Shown: one piece after another, positions 1 through 12,321 of the stretch | How the letters are laid out: each line of letters opens with the position of its first letter | Position numbering within the stretch: the stretch's first letter is position 1 | Assembly (NCBI GenBank): GCA_950097015.1 | Contig: CATNEN010000007.1 | Location: forward strand, 5,208,001-5,272,000 | Direction: 5' to 3' | Origin: Macrostomum hystrix | Taxonomy: Eukaryota > Animalia > Platyhelminthes | Length of the DNA stretch: 64,000 bases | Notes under the pieces: generated by a model | Told to the model about the DNA's origin: nothing | The model's input: the letters and a program-made list of their open reading frames with translations, nothing else | The model's database searches: none | Made by a program: the position numbers and the translations under genes

Positions 1-563
1 ATAAAGCACTTGATAAAAATTATTTAGTTTAAGATACAAATAGCTTGATTTTGTATGAGAATCAAGTATCCAACCTCTGCTTTTAAGTCTGAAGCTCACA
101 ACCACAAAGCTACAACTCATTGTATTAATTAATATATTATCAATATTAACTATATGTAGAGCATGAACTGCCAATTCTCCTACAAATAATCAATTGTATT
201 TAAACAAGTGTTGTAAACTATGCAAATTGTATGTTTGGCTCACTTTTATGTAATATAGACACAATTTCTACCATAGCTGGATAGCTTATATATAATATAT
301 TCAGTAGTCTATATATTTTATGCTTTGACACTAAAAGTATAATTTGCATCCATTTTTGCATTTGTATCAAGATTGATTCCTTTTTAAATTACTAATGAGA
401 GAAAAAATTGTAAGGCTTCATAAACTCCTCACAACTACAAACTAAAAATCAAATAGTTAAATTTTTTGCCAACTCCCTAATAGCTAGCCTTTATGCAATT
501 TTTTTTATCTGACTAAGTTTCAACTTCAGGCCTATCTATACAATTTTCAACATTTTTAATCAG

Positions 564-3500
564 GTATTCCTGTCCGATGGTGTGTCTACACAGACGACGA
601 GGAAGCTAAGTGCCAGGATTTGATTGCCCAGATAAAATTCCAAGGCTACGTGACTCATACCTTGACCTGCGTGCGTCAGCCTGATGCTCTAGAATGCATG
701 AACGCCATTGGTAAAGTGAATCCTACTGCCGACGTGATGCGATTGGACGCCGGCCTTGCTTATTATGCTGCCCAACTGTACACAATGCGGCCAGTTCTGG
801 CTGAGAACTATGGCACTAATAATCGGGGCGGCAGCGCTGGCGGACGCCAGGTAAAATAGTGCCATGTAGTTATTATTTATCAAAGTTTAATTCGTTGCTT
901 TTGACAGCGTTTGAATGCTTTTGTGCAATCTATGCCTCCTCCTTCTTTAAGGTGGATTATCCGACATCCGTTCTGGTTCGGGCAGGCAGCGCTGTGCGGC
1001 TCGATAACATGCACAACATGAAGCTGTGCAGCAGCGGTGTCGGCACAGCCGAGGGTTGGACAGCGCCACTAGCCAGGTGGGTTCATTATTTATTATCTAG
1101 CTACCGCCCTGGCAATGTCTTCAGTCTGCAGTAACCTTTACTCTCGCCACCCATGTTTCTCACATCAGACTAATCCAGCAGACAAAGACCATTCCGGTGC
1201 TGCAGTGCAACTCGGTTGTGCTGACCGTGGCCAACTACTTCAGCGCAATGTGCCTTCCGGGCGCCATGAGTTCGCTATTTAATAACTTTGGCAGCAATCC
1301 GGTCAAGGCCTGCTCAATCTGTCGCGATCGAGGCGACGGTGCCAAATTCTGCAGGATGAGCGACAACTATGCCGGCAGCGACGGCGCCCTGCGCTGCATG
1401 ACCCAGCAGATGGCTGACGTGGCCTTCCTGCGACTGGACGAACTGTTGGACTATGCTAATAGCACCGGCACCAGCCTCAGTCAATTTGAGCTGCTGTGCT
1501 CAGACGGCTCAAGGCAGCCTGTGTCTGCCGGAGGCTGCAGCTGGGCCAATGTGCCCTCCGCCCTGGTTGTGGCGTCGATTCGAACAACAACCGAGATGGT
1601 CCAGGTATGAAGGAGGTGTTATTTTCCCACTAATCCTTCAGGTTTTTTTACTACTTCTTCGGGATTGTTCCAATAAACCATCGGGATTGTTCCTCTAATC
1701 CTTCGGAATTTTTCCGCTAATCCTTCGGGATTAGTCCACTAATCCTTCGAGGTTTTTCCGCTTATCCTTTCTTCGAGTTTTTTAACCTTCATAATATAAA
1801 TGTGCGCCTTCCCACTCGGCCCGCAGGAGTACCGAATCTTCCTCAAGTGGCTGGCCGCCACCTTCGGTCCTACAAGCACCGTCAGCACGTGGCGGCTGTT
1901 CAGCTCGGAGATGTACGCCACTAAGAATCTGATGTTCTCCGACCAGACAAACCTGTTCTACGACTCAGTTGACGACAGTTCGACAGACAAAAAGGACTTG
2001 CGCTCGATCTACAACTGGCTGGGCGCCTCCTACCTGGAGCTGCACGATCAGACCAACTACTGCCCGCTAAGCGACATTCGCTGGTGCGTCCTGAGCGCAA
2101 ACGAACTATCCAAATGCGAACGAATGAAGCTGGCCTTCTCTGCTAAGAATTTGAAGCCAAGCATCAATTGTGTGAAGGGCGAGAGCGCCGTTAAGTGCAT
2201 GGAATACATTCAGATGGGCCTGGCCGATGTTATCAACCTAGACGCCGGCGATCTCTACTTGGCCGGCAAGCGCTTCGGATTGGTGCCATTTGTGGCGGAA
2301 TTCTACGGCGATGGCACTGACTATTACGCTGTGGCCATTGTGCGCCAGAATGACAAACAGATTCTGGTAAGTTTAGGGTTCGCCGAAGGCTAGCAACAAT
2401 ATGGGTTAAATAGATGGCCGAGAGGATTAGAAGTTGAGGAGAGATGGGAATGGCGTTAGAAGTTAGGACAGGTTGCAAGAGTTAAGGAGAGGTGGGAACA
2501 GATCAGAAATGGTGGGATCAGGTCAGGAATGGTGGAAACAGGTCAGGAGAAAGGTAACAGGTCAGGCGAGGGGTGGGAACAGGTCAGGAGAGGGGTGGGA
2601 ACAGGTCAGGAGAGGGTTGGGAACAGGTCAGGAGAAGGGTGGGAACAAGTCAGGAGAGGTGAATCTGAGAATTTGAAAAGTGGGATTACTAGAAAAGCCT
2701 ATGCGAAATTGTGAAAATAGGTAAGAAATCGGGGATAATTGGGATGTTATTTTTTTTTCTATATTAAATGAAATGAGTCCCTACTATCTTTTCATCCCCA
2801 TCCGTGCAGGTGAGCAACCTGTTGCACAAGCGCACCTGTCACTCTGGCATTGGAAAGGCTACTGGCTGGGTTGTGCCGATGAACCTGGTGCTGGACACTC
2901 GGCAGATCACGGTGCTGAAGTGCCGCCTGATCCACGCCTTCTCTGAGTTGGTCTCGCGCTCCTGCATCCCCGGCATTATGGACAACACTTACAATCCCAC
3001 TGGCTATAATCCCATCAACCTGTGCGAGAAGTGCCGCTCGGGCGGTCCGGACAAGTGCCAGCGCAATGACCGGGAGCTCTACTACGGCGACGACGGCGCC
3101 TTCCGCTGCCTGGTCGAGGAGGCTGGCGATGTGGCCTTCACTAGGTGAGCGGATTTCGAAGAAAAACAAAGCAGAAAGCTTCTATCCCTTTGAGTGTCCT
3201 GACGTCAACACTTCTTTCTTATGTCCATTTTTATTCTATTTTTTTCTTTCTTACCCAGCTTCAAAGAACGTAGATCCTTAGATGAATACATGTTAATCTT
3301 CATTAAAAACTATCCAGATCCTCATTTAAGAACATTCAGGTCCACATTTTATGTCCTAATTTCTAAGCTGGCTGTTCAGAGTACATATATATATATGGAC
3401 TTTGTATGGACCATATGGATATATGGACCATATATATATGGACCATATGGACCATATATATATATACATTTTTATATCCATATAAAAAGATCCCATGGTT

Positions 3501-4049
3501 GATAAGATTTCAATCGTTGATTCACGCAGGCACACGACCGTGTTCGACAACACAGCCGGCCACAATCCTGCCCACTGGGCTCGCAATCGCCGAAGCAACG
3601 ACTACGAGATCCTGTGCGCCGACGGCAGCCGGCGGGAGGTGCAGGACTGGCAGGACTGCAACCTGGGCCGCATTCCCGGCAACACCCTGGTGACTGGCGC
3701 CTACAAGACCGAGGAGCAGAAGCGCACCATGTGGCAGCTGCTGAAGTACGCGCAGACTTTCTACGCTAGCGATCAAAACAACAACAATTTCCAGCTATTC
3801 GACAGCGGCTTCGATCGCAGCGACCTCCTGTTCCAGGACATCACCAAGTCGCTGGTGTACATCGCGCCAGTTAACCAATCCTACGAGGCCTGGCTAGGCA
3901 GGCAATTTATGCAACGCCTGGAGACTCTGGAGTGGCAGGGCTGCAACCTGAATAGCGGCCTGGGCACGGGCGCGGCCGCCATTTTGGCGCAGCCTGCGGC
4001 GCTGGCGCTCAGCTTGGCGGCCTTGGCGCTGTCCCGCTTCATGGCGTAA
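564..4049 (+). CDS. MELTF: Melanotransferrin-like (bilobed transferrin family, GPI-anchored), 5'-partial
   Basis: Exons 564-850, 952-1076, 1169-1604, 1827-2366, 2810-3144 and 3530-4049, all GT-AG with matching phases (~747 codons). Transferrin motifs occur twice: VRWCV/IRWCV, LDAG, DYPTSV/DYYAVA, CSSGVG..GW/CHSGIG..GW, GALRCM/GAFRCL, DVAF, FELLC/YEILC. The C-terminus NSGLGTGAAAILAQPAALALSLAALALSRFMA is a GPI-signal-like hydrophobic tail. The signal-peptide exon was not found in the window. Confidence 0.92.
1622..1770. repeat. Degenerate ~22-bp tandem repeat (TTTTCCRCTAATCCTTCGGGATT) in transferrin intron
   Basis: Recurrent CTAATCCTTC units. Confidence 0.7.
2490..2660. repeat. Degenerate ~22-bp purine-rich repeat (GGGAACAGGTCAGGAGAGGGGT)
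   Basis: About 7 copies of ACAGGTCAGGAGA in the intron. Confidence 0.8.
3385..3470. repeat. Short (ATATGGACC)n / (AT)n repeat
   Basis: Visible tandem copies in the intron. Confidence 0.7.
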
Positions 4050-5694
4050 CCTGCGACACCTTCCCGTGCTCCGCCTTTGCTAATCTACATATTTACTGAC
4101 AACTTTATTTTCCTGTTATCGTTCACTATGATTTTCTTGTTTGTTATACTACTGACTGCGCTTGTGACCCAAGTAGTGTGCACCAGAGCAGTAACTCCCA
4201 TTATAAACTGATTTTTCATGTTTCATATGTTATGCTTTGTGAAACGAAGATTTTTTTGTGTCTGTAGTGTGCTTCGAGATTCCTTCAATGCGTCGATGGG
4301 CCACCGAATCGTGTTCTAGCTACGCGTGTACTTTTACAAAAATATTCTTTTTTAGTTGAAAAACAAGCTTTGTGCTGCCTATTCCATTTGTACAGACACA
4401 TCTGTCATAGCTCCAGTGACTTGTGTGTAGTTATTTTTTACATTCCAACTTTTATTATAGCGTTTGTCTAAAAACATTCCGAAATTTTTATTACCAGTTA
4501 CCCCCTGCTGATAGTGGCCAACAGGCAAACCTGGACAAATTCATGTACATTCCTGTCCTATTTATGTCAGTAAATGTTCTTACAGTTAAGGATATACATC
4601 TTTTTTAATCCAGCTATATTAATGTAGCTCTTGATTCGTGTATTCATTTACCCAATCTGTGTATTTCTGCTTGTTTTAGTATAACATGAACTGTCCAATG
4701 CGCTGTCAGTTTTGCTTCTATTATTAATTGAATACTTAGTATAGAATGCAGATCCACAATTTGTTCCTAATAAGGCAGACAGGCTGTGACCTTTAACACT
4801 TACTCATAAATGTGCTATCCGATGCTGCCGCTGTGGCCACTTTAGCCGCGGATCATCAGTTTCACATTTTACCTATTCATAATTTATGTATTTTGGGAGA
4901 CTTCTACATTTCCTTAGTAACTATTCTCGGGACCATTACCACTGACTGCTACATGAGGACAGCCAATAATTTAAATATATAGGTACGTAAAGTAAGACGC
5001 TAACAATACACTCTGATCGGTTGCGCACCTCAATTGAAACTTTTTTATTTCTTGATGTATTCGATACATTATTAGAGTAGAATTCATTTTGTTAATTGTA
5101 AACTTCTCTTTGCTTCATACGCATCTATGTAAAAGGCGGAAAACTTAACTTTACATAGCTCGCTACTTTAAGTATTATAGCGAGAACACAATAATGAGTG
5201 AGAAATAATGTTTAAAAAATATTTATAGAGGGGAGGCACGTTAAACAAGATAAGGCATAAAACTAGCGCTTTGGATGAAAATGGGAGTTTAAAAATATCT
5301 TAGCAATAGACAAAAGTAGATGTGACACACTAGTGATAACATTATTTACTAAGTAGTTGTTAGTCAAGCTTCGCTCAAACCTGTAACTTCTGGATAGTTA
5401 TGCATATGCACAGTGGCAGTGATAGCGGAGTGAAGGAACAGGATGCCCGTGTCTGCTTGTAGCCTTCAATACATCTGGCCGTAAGTCTGTGTCATTTTCT
5501 GCTGAAGAAGCATTTTGATAACCTACCAATAAAAAGCAAATCAGAACAGGTTCACACTAAAAAACAATCAGCATCAGTCAAAAAGAATAGTTGAGTTCGG
5601 TTTGATCACACAGTTTGTACAAACGCGCGCCAACATCAGCGCGAAGGCTCTTCAGCTCCGGTTGCATAGGCCACGCCCTTAGCCTAGTTCCGCT

Positions 5695-6241
5695 TTACCA
5701 CTTGTTGATGCCGAATATGCGAACCTTGTAGAGCTGCGGCAGCTTGGGCACAATGGCTAGCAGCACCAGGGACAGGGCGTTCACAATGAAGTGAATCTGG
5801 TCGTAGCGGGTGTAGAAGGTGGTCAACAGGAAGCTGAAAAGTGGCCATGGGTTCGAATTTTAGGCGCCACTAAACGAAAACAATTCGCTGACACAGACAA
5901 ATAGGCGCAACTTACACGACAATGGGCACAACCAGCAGAAACTTCTTGGTGGCTGTGAACTGCACGCCATCGTCCAGCTGCTCCCAGTGGGTGAGAGTGC
6001 GGCTCTCGCCCTGGTCCATCGGCTCAAATGGGGCGCCCTTCTCCCAGTGCAGCCAGAAATAGGTGATGACATTGTGAATCTGGCAGGTGAGGGTCCAGGC
6101 CAGAGCCACGCTGATGAAGGGAATGGATAGCACAATAAAGTGCGCGATGAAAATGAAGATCACATAAGTGGCCCAGATGCCGCGGGAATTGAAGTAGATG
6201 TGATTCGGATTGGGATCCGAGTGCGCTGTGCCAACCTGCAT
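5695..6241 (-). CDS. ORMDL: ORM1-like protein (ORMDL, regulator of serine palmitoyltransferase), 154 aa
   Basis: Exons 6241-5916 and 5833-5695, joined by a phase-2 GT-AG intron (465 nt total). [43 protein letters not shown] and [17 protein letters not shown] match ORMDL family motifs. Confidence 0.96.
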
Positions 6242-7217
6242 CGCTGTTTGATCTGAAAGATATGGCTCTAGTGTTTTATATGACCGCTTCAAACTCTATT
6301 AGAGACTGAGCTTATTAGCAAGATAAAAGAAGCTGACAATAGAATAGAACAGACGTGCATCACTTTTCTATTGCATACCTAAATCTACTTTTAACTGAGT
6401 GGCATGGTTATAGCATGTCTGTGTTGCTTAAGAGCCTTATTTGCAAGTTTCAAATATATAAATAAGAAGAATTTTAATACTTTTTCCTTTAAATGCTTTG
6501 CTTGCAGGAGACTCATGACTAACAACTACCTAAAATGTATCATAAACTAAAAAAATATTCTTAGCCAAAGTAATTGTCACTTTGTCATTACAAAATAACT
6601 CAACAGACAAAACACACTATAGTCTGCCTTTTTGTCTTATGTCTAGACTTAAGTAACTAAAACTATATTATCTAAATAATTCTACTGAACTCTGAACTCA
6701 GTTTTTTTGTGGCCTAAATGTTCATATTTGCTGCTTAGATATAAAATCGCATTTCAGACTGGATTTTGGCAATGGAAATTCATAAATTTATGGCTTTTGT
6801 TAAAAGGACTGATTTGATTGACAAATCTGTTCTTGGGTTTCACAAAAAGTGAAAAACTAACTAAAACAAAAATGTTATAAACAATTAGAGAGCTCATGAA
6901 TTCAAACCAAAGGGTCAATAGGTTTCATAATTTCATAAGCAGACATTTTATAAATTGTTTATGCTCTACTTATTTTAGGCAAGTTAAATTCATGGGTAGC
7001 CATGTTGGTCACCTTGGCCTTAACTAACATAATAATAAATTAAACACCTTGCTATCATGCCTGTGTGCATGCCAGTGTATGGAAAATCAGTTGATTTTCT
7101 TGTTCCTTAACTTATTTTAATAGAGTAAATACTCTTCATTTTGTATGCAGTGATGCCCTACCATGAACAAGAATGAGAGAGACCACTTGCTAAATCATGA
7201 ATATGAAGGGTGAGTTA

Positions 7218-7467
7218 CATACATGTGCAACCTCCCAAATCTTAGCCGGCCATGCAACTTAGTTTTTGCTCTATTTACGACTTAGTTTGCTCTCATTTGC
7301 TCTCTTTTTCTCTCCCCCTTTTCCTCTTCTTCACGCCTTCCTTATTTGTCCCTTGGTCCCCCCTTTGATTTTTTTGCGCTTGGTTGATTGGTTTTTGCAA
7401 CTTACCTTGCTTGGCCCTCGTTCCCCCGGCTGGTTCGGCTAGGTCAGCCGGGTGTTGCACATGTATG
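7218..7467. mobile_element. Non-autonomous hAT-type MITE (250 bp)
   Basis: Perfect 14-bp TIR CATACATGTGCAAC...GTTGCACATGTATG, flanked by an exact 8-bp direct repeat GTGAGTTA (7210-7217 and 7468-7475). An 8-bp TSD is typical of hAT elements. Confidence 0.88.
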
Positions 7468-7489
7468 GTGAGTTAGCTAGAGAGTACAA

Positions 7490-7941
7490 TACATGGCAAT
7501 CCTGGAGATTCCCCACATTAAATTATTTCATGCACTTTAACGGAACTTTAGGGGGAGATAAGTATGGGGCACACAAAGATGTTGCAGAGTTAAAGAGTTA
7601 ATTGCAGAAAACAAAGTCTGTCAGAGTTGGCATAGTGTCCAATCCAATACAGGATAGTGTCCAATAGTGTCCAATCCAATACAGGATATTACCAAACTGA
7701 TGATCAGGGAAGGCCTGGCACCACATGAACTCTTGCAGGTTATATGCTAAAAAGGGCATCAGAAGTCCTATGCATGGCCTGGAATTTGGCCTTGCAGTGG
7801 CAGTGGGCCCACATGCCCTTATTCCTCAACCATATTCATGTGAGCACCCAAGTTATTTGTTCACAGAAATGCAGTTAATGATTCACTGTCAAAAGCGTGT
7901 GAAAAAATTAATGCAGGGATCTTCAGGATTGCCCAATGCAT
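7490..7941. mobile_element. Older MITE with imperfect ~50-bp terminal inverted repeats
   Basis: The left end CATGGCAATCCTGGAGATTCCCCACATTAAATTATTTCA is an imperfect reverse complement of the right end TGAAAAAATTAATGCAGGGATCTTCAGGATTGCCCAATG. No clear TSD. Confidence 0.6.
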
Positions 7942-8714
7942 AACATATTTACACACAGCATTTGATTTGTAAGCCTAGTAGGCCTACAATCTTACTTGCA
8001 AATAGCAATGCCTTCCAGCAAACCAGATTTGTACAACATTTATTTTAAAGACAAGTCAATAGCAGACAAGATGGTGGCAGACAAAGACCAGAAACCCTGT
8101 TAAAATATCACAGGGTTATATAGATAATGATATAGGCCCCTATATAGCATGTATATAATTAGAACATAAAAGAAATAATAGGCGTTGATTCTTAAGTTTC
8201 TTGACTTTTTTAGTTGCTAGCTACTTTTTGCCATATAAAATAACTAATATTGGCTTTAATATTACTAGGGCCTAGGGCCAATGGCACTTGTGGGCTAAGC
8301 AAAGTGCGTTTAAGTCTAAGAAAGACGTTATATTATCTACCAAAATACAATAAATACAATATGACGACAGTGAATGAAAAAGTAAGTGATTTGCGAATTA
8401 GAATAGACCGAGTTGTTTGCTTAATTAGGAAGACAATTATGATAGAGATTGGACCTTGGATCCTTAAATTTAGAACATTGCAAAATAAATAGCCAAGTTG
8501 TTGATTAATCGTCGTCACATTTAAAAATTTATCGAATCAAATAAAAGTTATAACATGACATAATGCATAGAGGAAAAACAATAAACAAATTGTAAAGCCT
8601 AAACAACAAAAAATGAGTTCTAATAGATTTATTTAAAAAGCTGGCTTTGTACAATTATAGTAATTTTTTTCTGTTTTACATAAAAATGTTAGGCCCCTAT
8701 ACACCGTTATTTAA

Positions 8715-9936
8715 GGGTGCGTTCGAGTAGCTTAAAATAGCTTAAAATGATTTAAACTGCCTTAAAACGGTATTTTAGCGACAGCAGTAAAACAAAGTAA
8801 TTTTTCAGAAAATTCAATAAAAAAGTCGCTGCACTTCAGTCAATCATGATTACAGCATCCTGGAATGCCTTTGTTTAATATTTTTATATTGAATTGTCAG
8901 TCTAAGCTTGTTTTCAATAATTTAGAATACTTAGTTATAAGAACAAATACGTTTTGAAAAAATTGTAAAAGTATCCTGAGGGAAAAACATTAGGTAAATA
9001 AAATTCTTTTAACGTTAGAAATCCTTTTTTCTGTATGAAATCCCATTCTAAGTTTGTTTTCTTACAATAGAATTTTTTGCTCATGGGACGCGCGCGCTAG
9101 TTTAACTGAAATTACTGTAGACGTTTATTAATATTTTAATTATATATCGTGTATCTGCATATCTGTATATTAGGAACCATTTCTTGCTCAACCAATTTAG
9201 CTTGTCTTTGAAATTTTGTTACATTTTACCTAGTTTGTTCCGATTGTTTTAAGTGACTCCTTTCTATTTGTTTCAGTGTATTCGAAGTATTTTTGTTTCA
9301 TACTGTTAATTTTAACTATCTGATATTGCCAATATCTTTTTTGTATACTTCTACATTAATTTGTAACATTTGTAAAAATTGTAGGAGTTGGAAAAATTAT
9401 TGCGGATAAATATATATACAAATTGTATATTTTGAGTTAAGTTAATAAAGAGACGTGAATTGCTAACCGCTTTGCTTTAAATTTCTGCCCCAAAAACAAC
9501 GGGCAAAAAAGCTAGTAATTAAATAAACGGCATACAGTAATTTCAGTTAAACTAGCGCGCGCGTCCCATGAGCAAAAAATTCTATTGTAAGAAAACAAAC
9601 TTAGAATGGGATTTCATACAGAAAAAAGGATTTCTAACGTTAAAAGAATTTTATTTACCTAATGTTTTTCCCTCAGGATACTTTTACAATTTTTTCTAAA
9701 CGTATTTGTTCTTATAACTAAGTATTCTAAATTATTGAAAACAAGCTTAGACTGACAATTCAATATAAAAATATTAAACAAAGGCATTCCAGGATGCTGT
9801 AATCATGATTGACTGAAGTGCAGCGACTTTTTTATTGAATTTCTGAAAAATTACTTTGTTTTACTGCTGTCGCTAAAATACCGTTTTAAGGCAGTTTAAA
9901 TCATTTTAAGCTATTTTAAGCTACTCGAACGCACCC
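8715..9936. mobile_element. PIF/Harbinger (Tourist-like) non-autonomous element with ~404-bp TIRs
   Basis: Arms 8715-9119 and 9533-9936 are near-perfect inverted copies. Termini are GGGTGCGTTCG...CGAACGCACCC, with a TAA direct repeat on both sides (8712-8714, 9937-9939). The ~410-bp core is AT-rich and has no ORF. Confidence 0.9.
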
Positions 9937-10137
9937 TAAGAAATTCTACTATACTTTAAATTGCAAATGCACACCAGTCCTATTTAATGATGTTAGTTAT
10001 GCATTTTGTTTTGTGCTGACTAATTGAACGATACATTAATTAATATATCGTTAAATAAACTATTTTAGTTCTGCATTAATCTATCGGATTATAGTTAAAT
10101 TCAAATATAACAATTTCAAGCTTTCATTAATCTTTGA

Positions 10138-10208
10138 GCATCGGTGGTTCAGTGGTAGAATGCTCGCCTGCCACGCGGGCGGCCCGGGTTCGATTCCCGG
10201 CCGATGCA
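10138..10208 (+). tRNA. trnG-GCC: tRNA-Gly (GCC)
   Basis: GCATCGG acceptor stem pairs with CCGATGC(A). D arm GTTCAGTGGTAGAAT, anticodon loop CTGCCAC, T arm GGTTCGATTCC, followed by a TTTT Pol III terminator. Confidence 0.97.
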
Positions 10209-12321
10209 ACCTTTTGCATTCGAATTTGATAAAATGATAAACTTAATAAAAAAATTTTTTCCTACTCATCGGTCCCATTTACTTTGCTCGGCTTTACATA
10301 AAGTTAAATATCACCATTGTGATATATGGCTGTCATTTTAACCTGTTTGTGTTTAATCTGGTAATTTTACTGAAATGAAATGAAACTTAATACTGAAATG
10401 AACTAAATGAAGTCATCCACAATAAATAAGCTATTATGAATACTTTTGTTATGAAAGTGATTAGACTTAACGACTATTTTTTAATGATCTGCCCTTACAG
10501 GCCTTAGATTTTGCTTTGTCGCGGTCTTCTGTAAAGAAATTTTTGCTAATTGTGTTAAAATGCTTCAAGCGCATGCGCTATTCGTACTACTAAAATTATA
10601 TCTATAACAAATACTCTAATTTCTCTCTTGACCCGCTAGTACAAGTAAGTAATGAAGTCACGACGGAACTATCCAAACCTCATGAAAATTGATGAACCAC
10701 TTAGATCAAGCTACCAAAGGGAGCACTTCGTCATTGCCGGGAATGCGATAATTACTCTTGACGCTATTCTAAATATTTGCCCGCCACCGCGAAAGCTTTC
10801 CGGACAAGGCAGCTTTCATGGCTTCTGCGCTGGTGCAGCCTCACCGACCCGGAAACAAGCGCATTAGTTTAACTATTTAATTGATGCAGAACATTGTAGG
10901 CCAAGTGTTTGGCATTTACGTTTATTGCCCATGGCCTGCAGCGGACTAACAGGGGTTGCCCCGCGTTGGCAGTGAAGAAGCCAAGCGGGCCGGGGGAGGA
11001 CAAAATGCGATTCACGCTTGCCTTGCCGCGCTGCAGCTGCACGGCACTGCCCGGCCCGCTGCAGCCACCTTGCAGTGCGCGCTAACCTGCCACAACCGCT
11101 CAGCTGCAGCCGTGCCTCATCGGCGCACACGGCAGCTGATCGCTAAAAACGCAAACTGCTTCTGTTATGCTGATGGGCTGCTGGGGTGGGATGGACAAGG
11201 CGTTTGGGATCGCGTGAACCAGTTGCATAGGCCCTCCGCGGCTATCCGAATTGAACATCTGCTTCGCGCGGAAATAGAATACAGAGGGGTTCCCTGACAA
11301 AATCTCTGCAGCTGCCTGCGATGATGAAGCTGATGATGGCGGCGATGCAGCATAGATATAGAGGCAATGTTGAGAGGCTGGGTCAGGGCTGTACCACCTG
11401 CTGGCACAAGCATTCAGTAGCAATATACATTTATAAATTGCCGAGACTTTCCTGCAGATTGTAAGCAGCCAAGTGCGCCAAGCGGCCCTTCATTTTATCA
11501 TGTTAGTTTATACATTAGGCAAGTGTGTAAATCGGCAATAATGAATGCGAATGCACGATTCCAAATTAACACTGCAACAGCTCTGTTACCTATACTCGCG
11601 CGCTTAGGGTGCATGCCATCCGCTGTTGTGTAAGCTGCTGCGCCGGTCGTGTTTTGCATTATTTTATCGCTGATCCCATTGCGCAGCAATATAGAAGTGG
11701 GTGCGGGAAGCAGGCATTAATGTCTGTGTGCACCTTCAACTTGATTGGCAACCCGTGTACGCCATATGCATGCGTGTGACGCGTGTTTGCAGTACATAGG
11801 CTAAAGCAATCACGGATCTGCAGAGCACTCTTCCTAGAATATTAGTTTGCATTTGGATTTGTGATTTCTTATTTTACGAGCTACTTATTGTATAGAAGCC
11901 AACTTCATTGATCTAGCTGATCTCTCAGCAGCAATAAGTTTTATTGTAGCGGATTGTACTCATTTTATGGTCAAGAGCAGAATTATTTATGATTTTTAAT
12001 GTCTGCGTGCACCGTAACGCCTAATCTGCAATAGCGGGAAATAATCCCCGTCATCAAGCCAACATTGTCCTATTGATCAACAGGATCAATAAGCCCGCAG
12101 TCCAGTCATAATCTGTTTCCCAAGTTTCTTAGAAAGCGAAATATGCATTCCGCGATATTTTGACAAATTAATTCAGTGCACAATCTCCACCACGGACCGA
12201 AGGAATATCGGAGCACAGATTTATTGCAACTGATCTGAAGATCATAACATCATTTTTTTATCTCATCAATCTTTGGACCACAACTAGTCAAGTAGGACCG
12301 CATCCATCATAGCCTCACAAA

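Noticed and set aside
4405-4425. CAGTGA in the transferrin 3' UTR as an iron-responsive element
   Set aside because: The flanking bases do not form the 5-bp upper stem with a bulged C.
6242-6292. N-terminal extension of ORMDL given by the ORF track
   Set aside because: It starts at TTG upstream of a splice acceptor. Family homology begins at the ATG at 6241.
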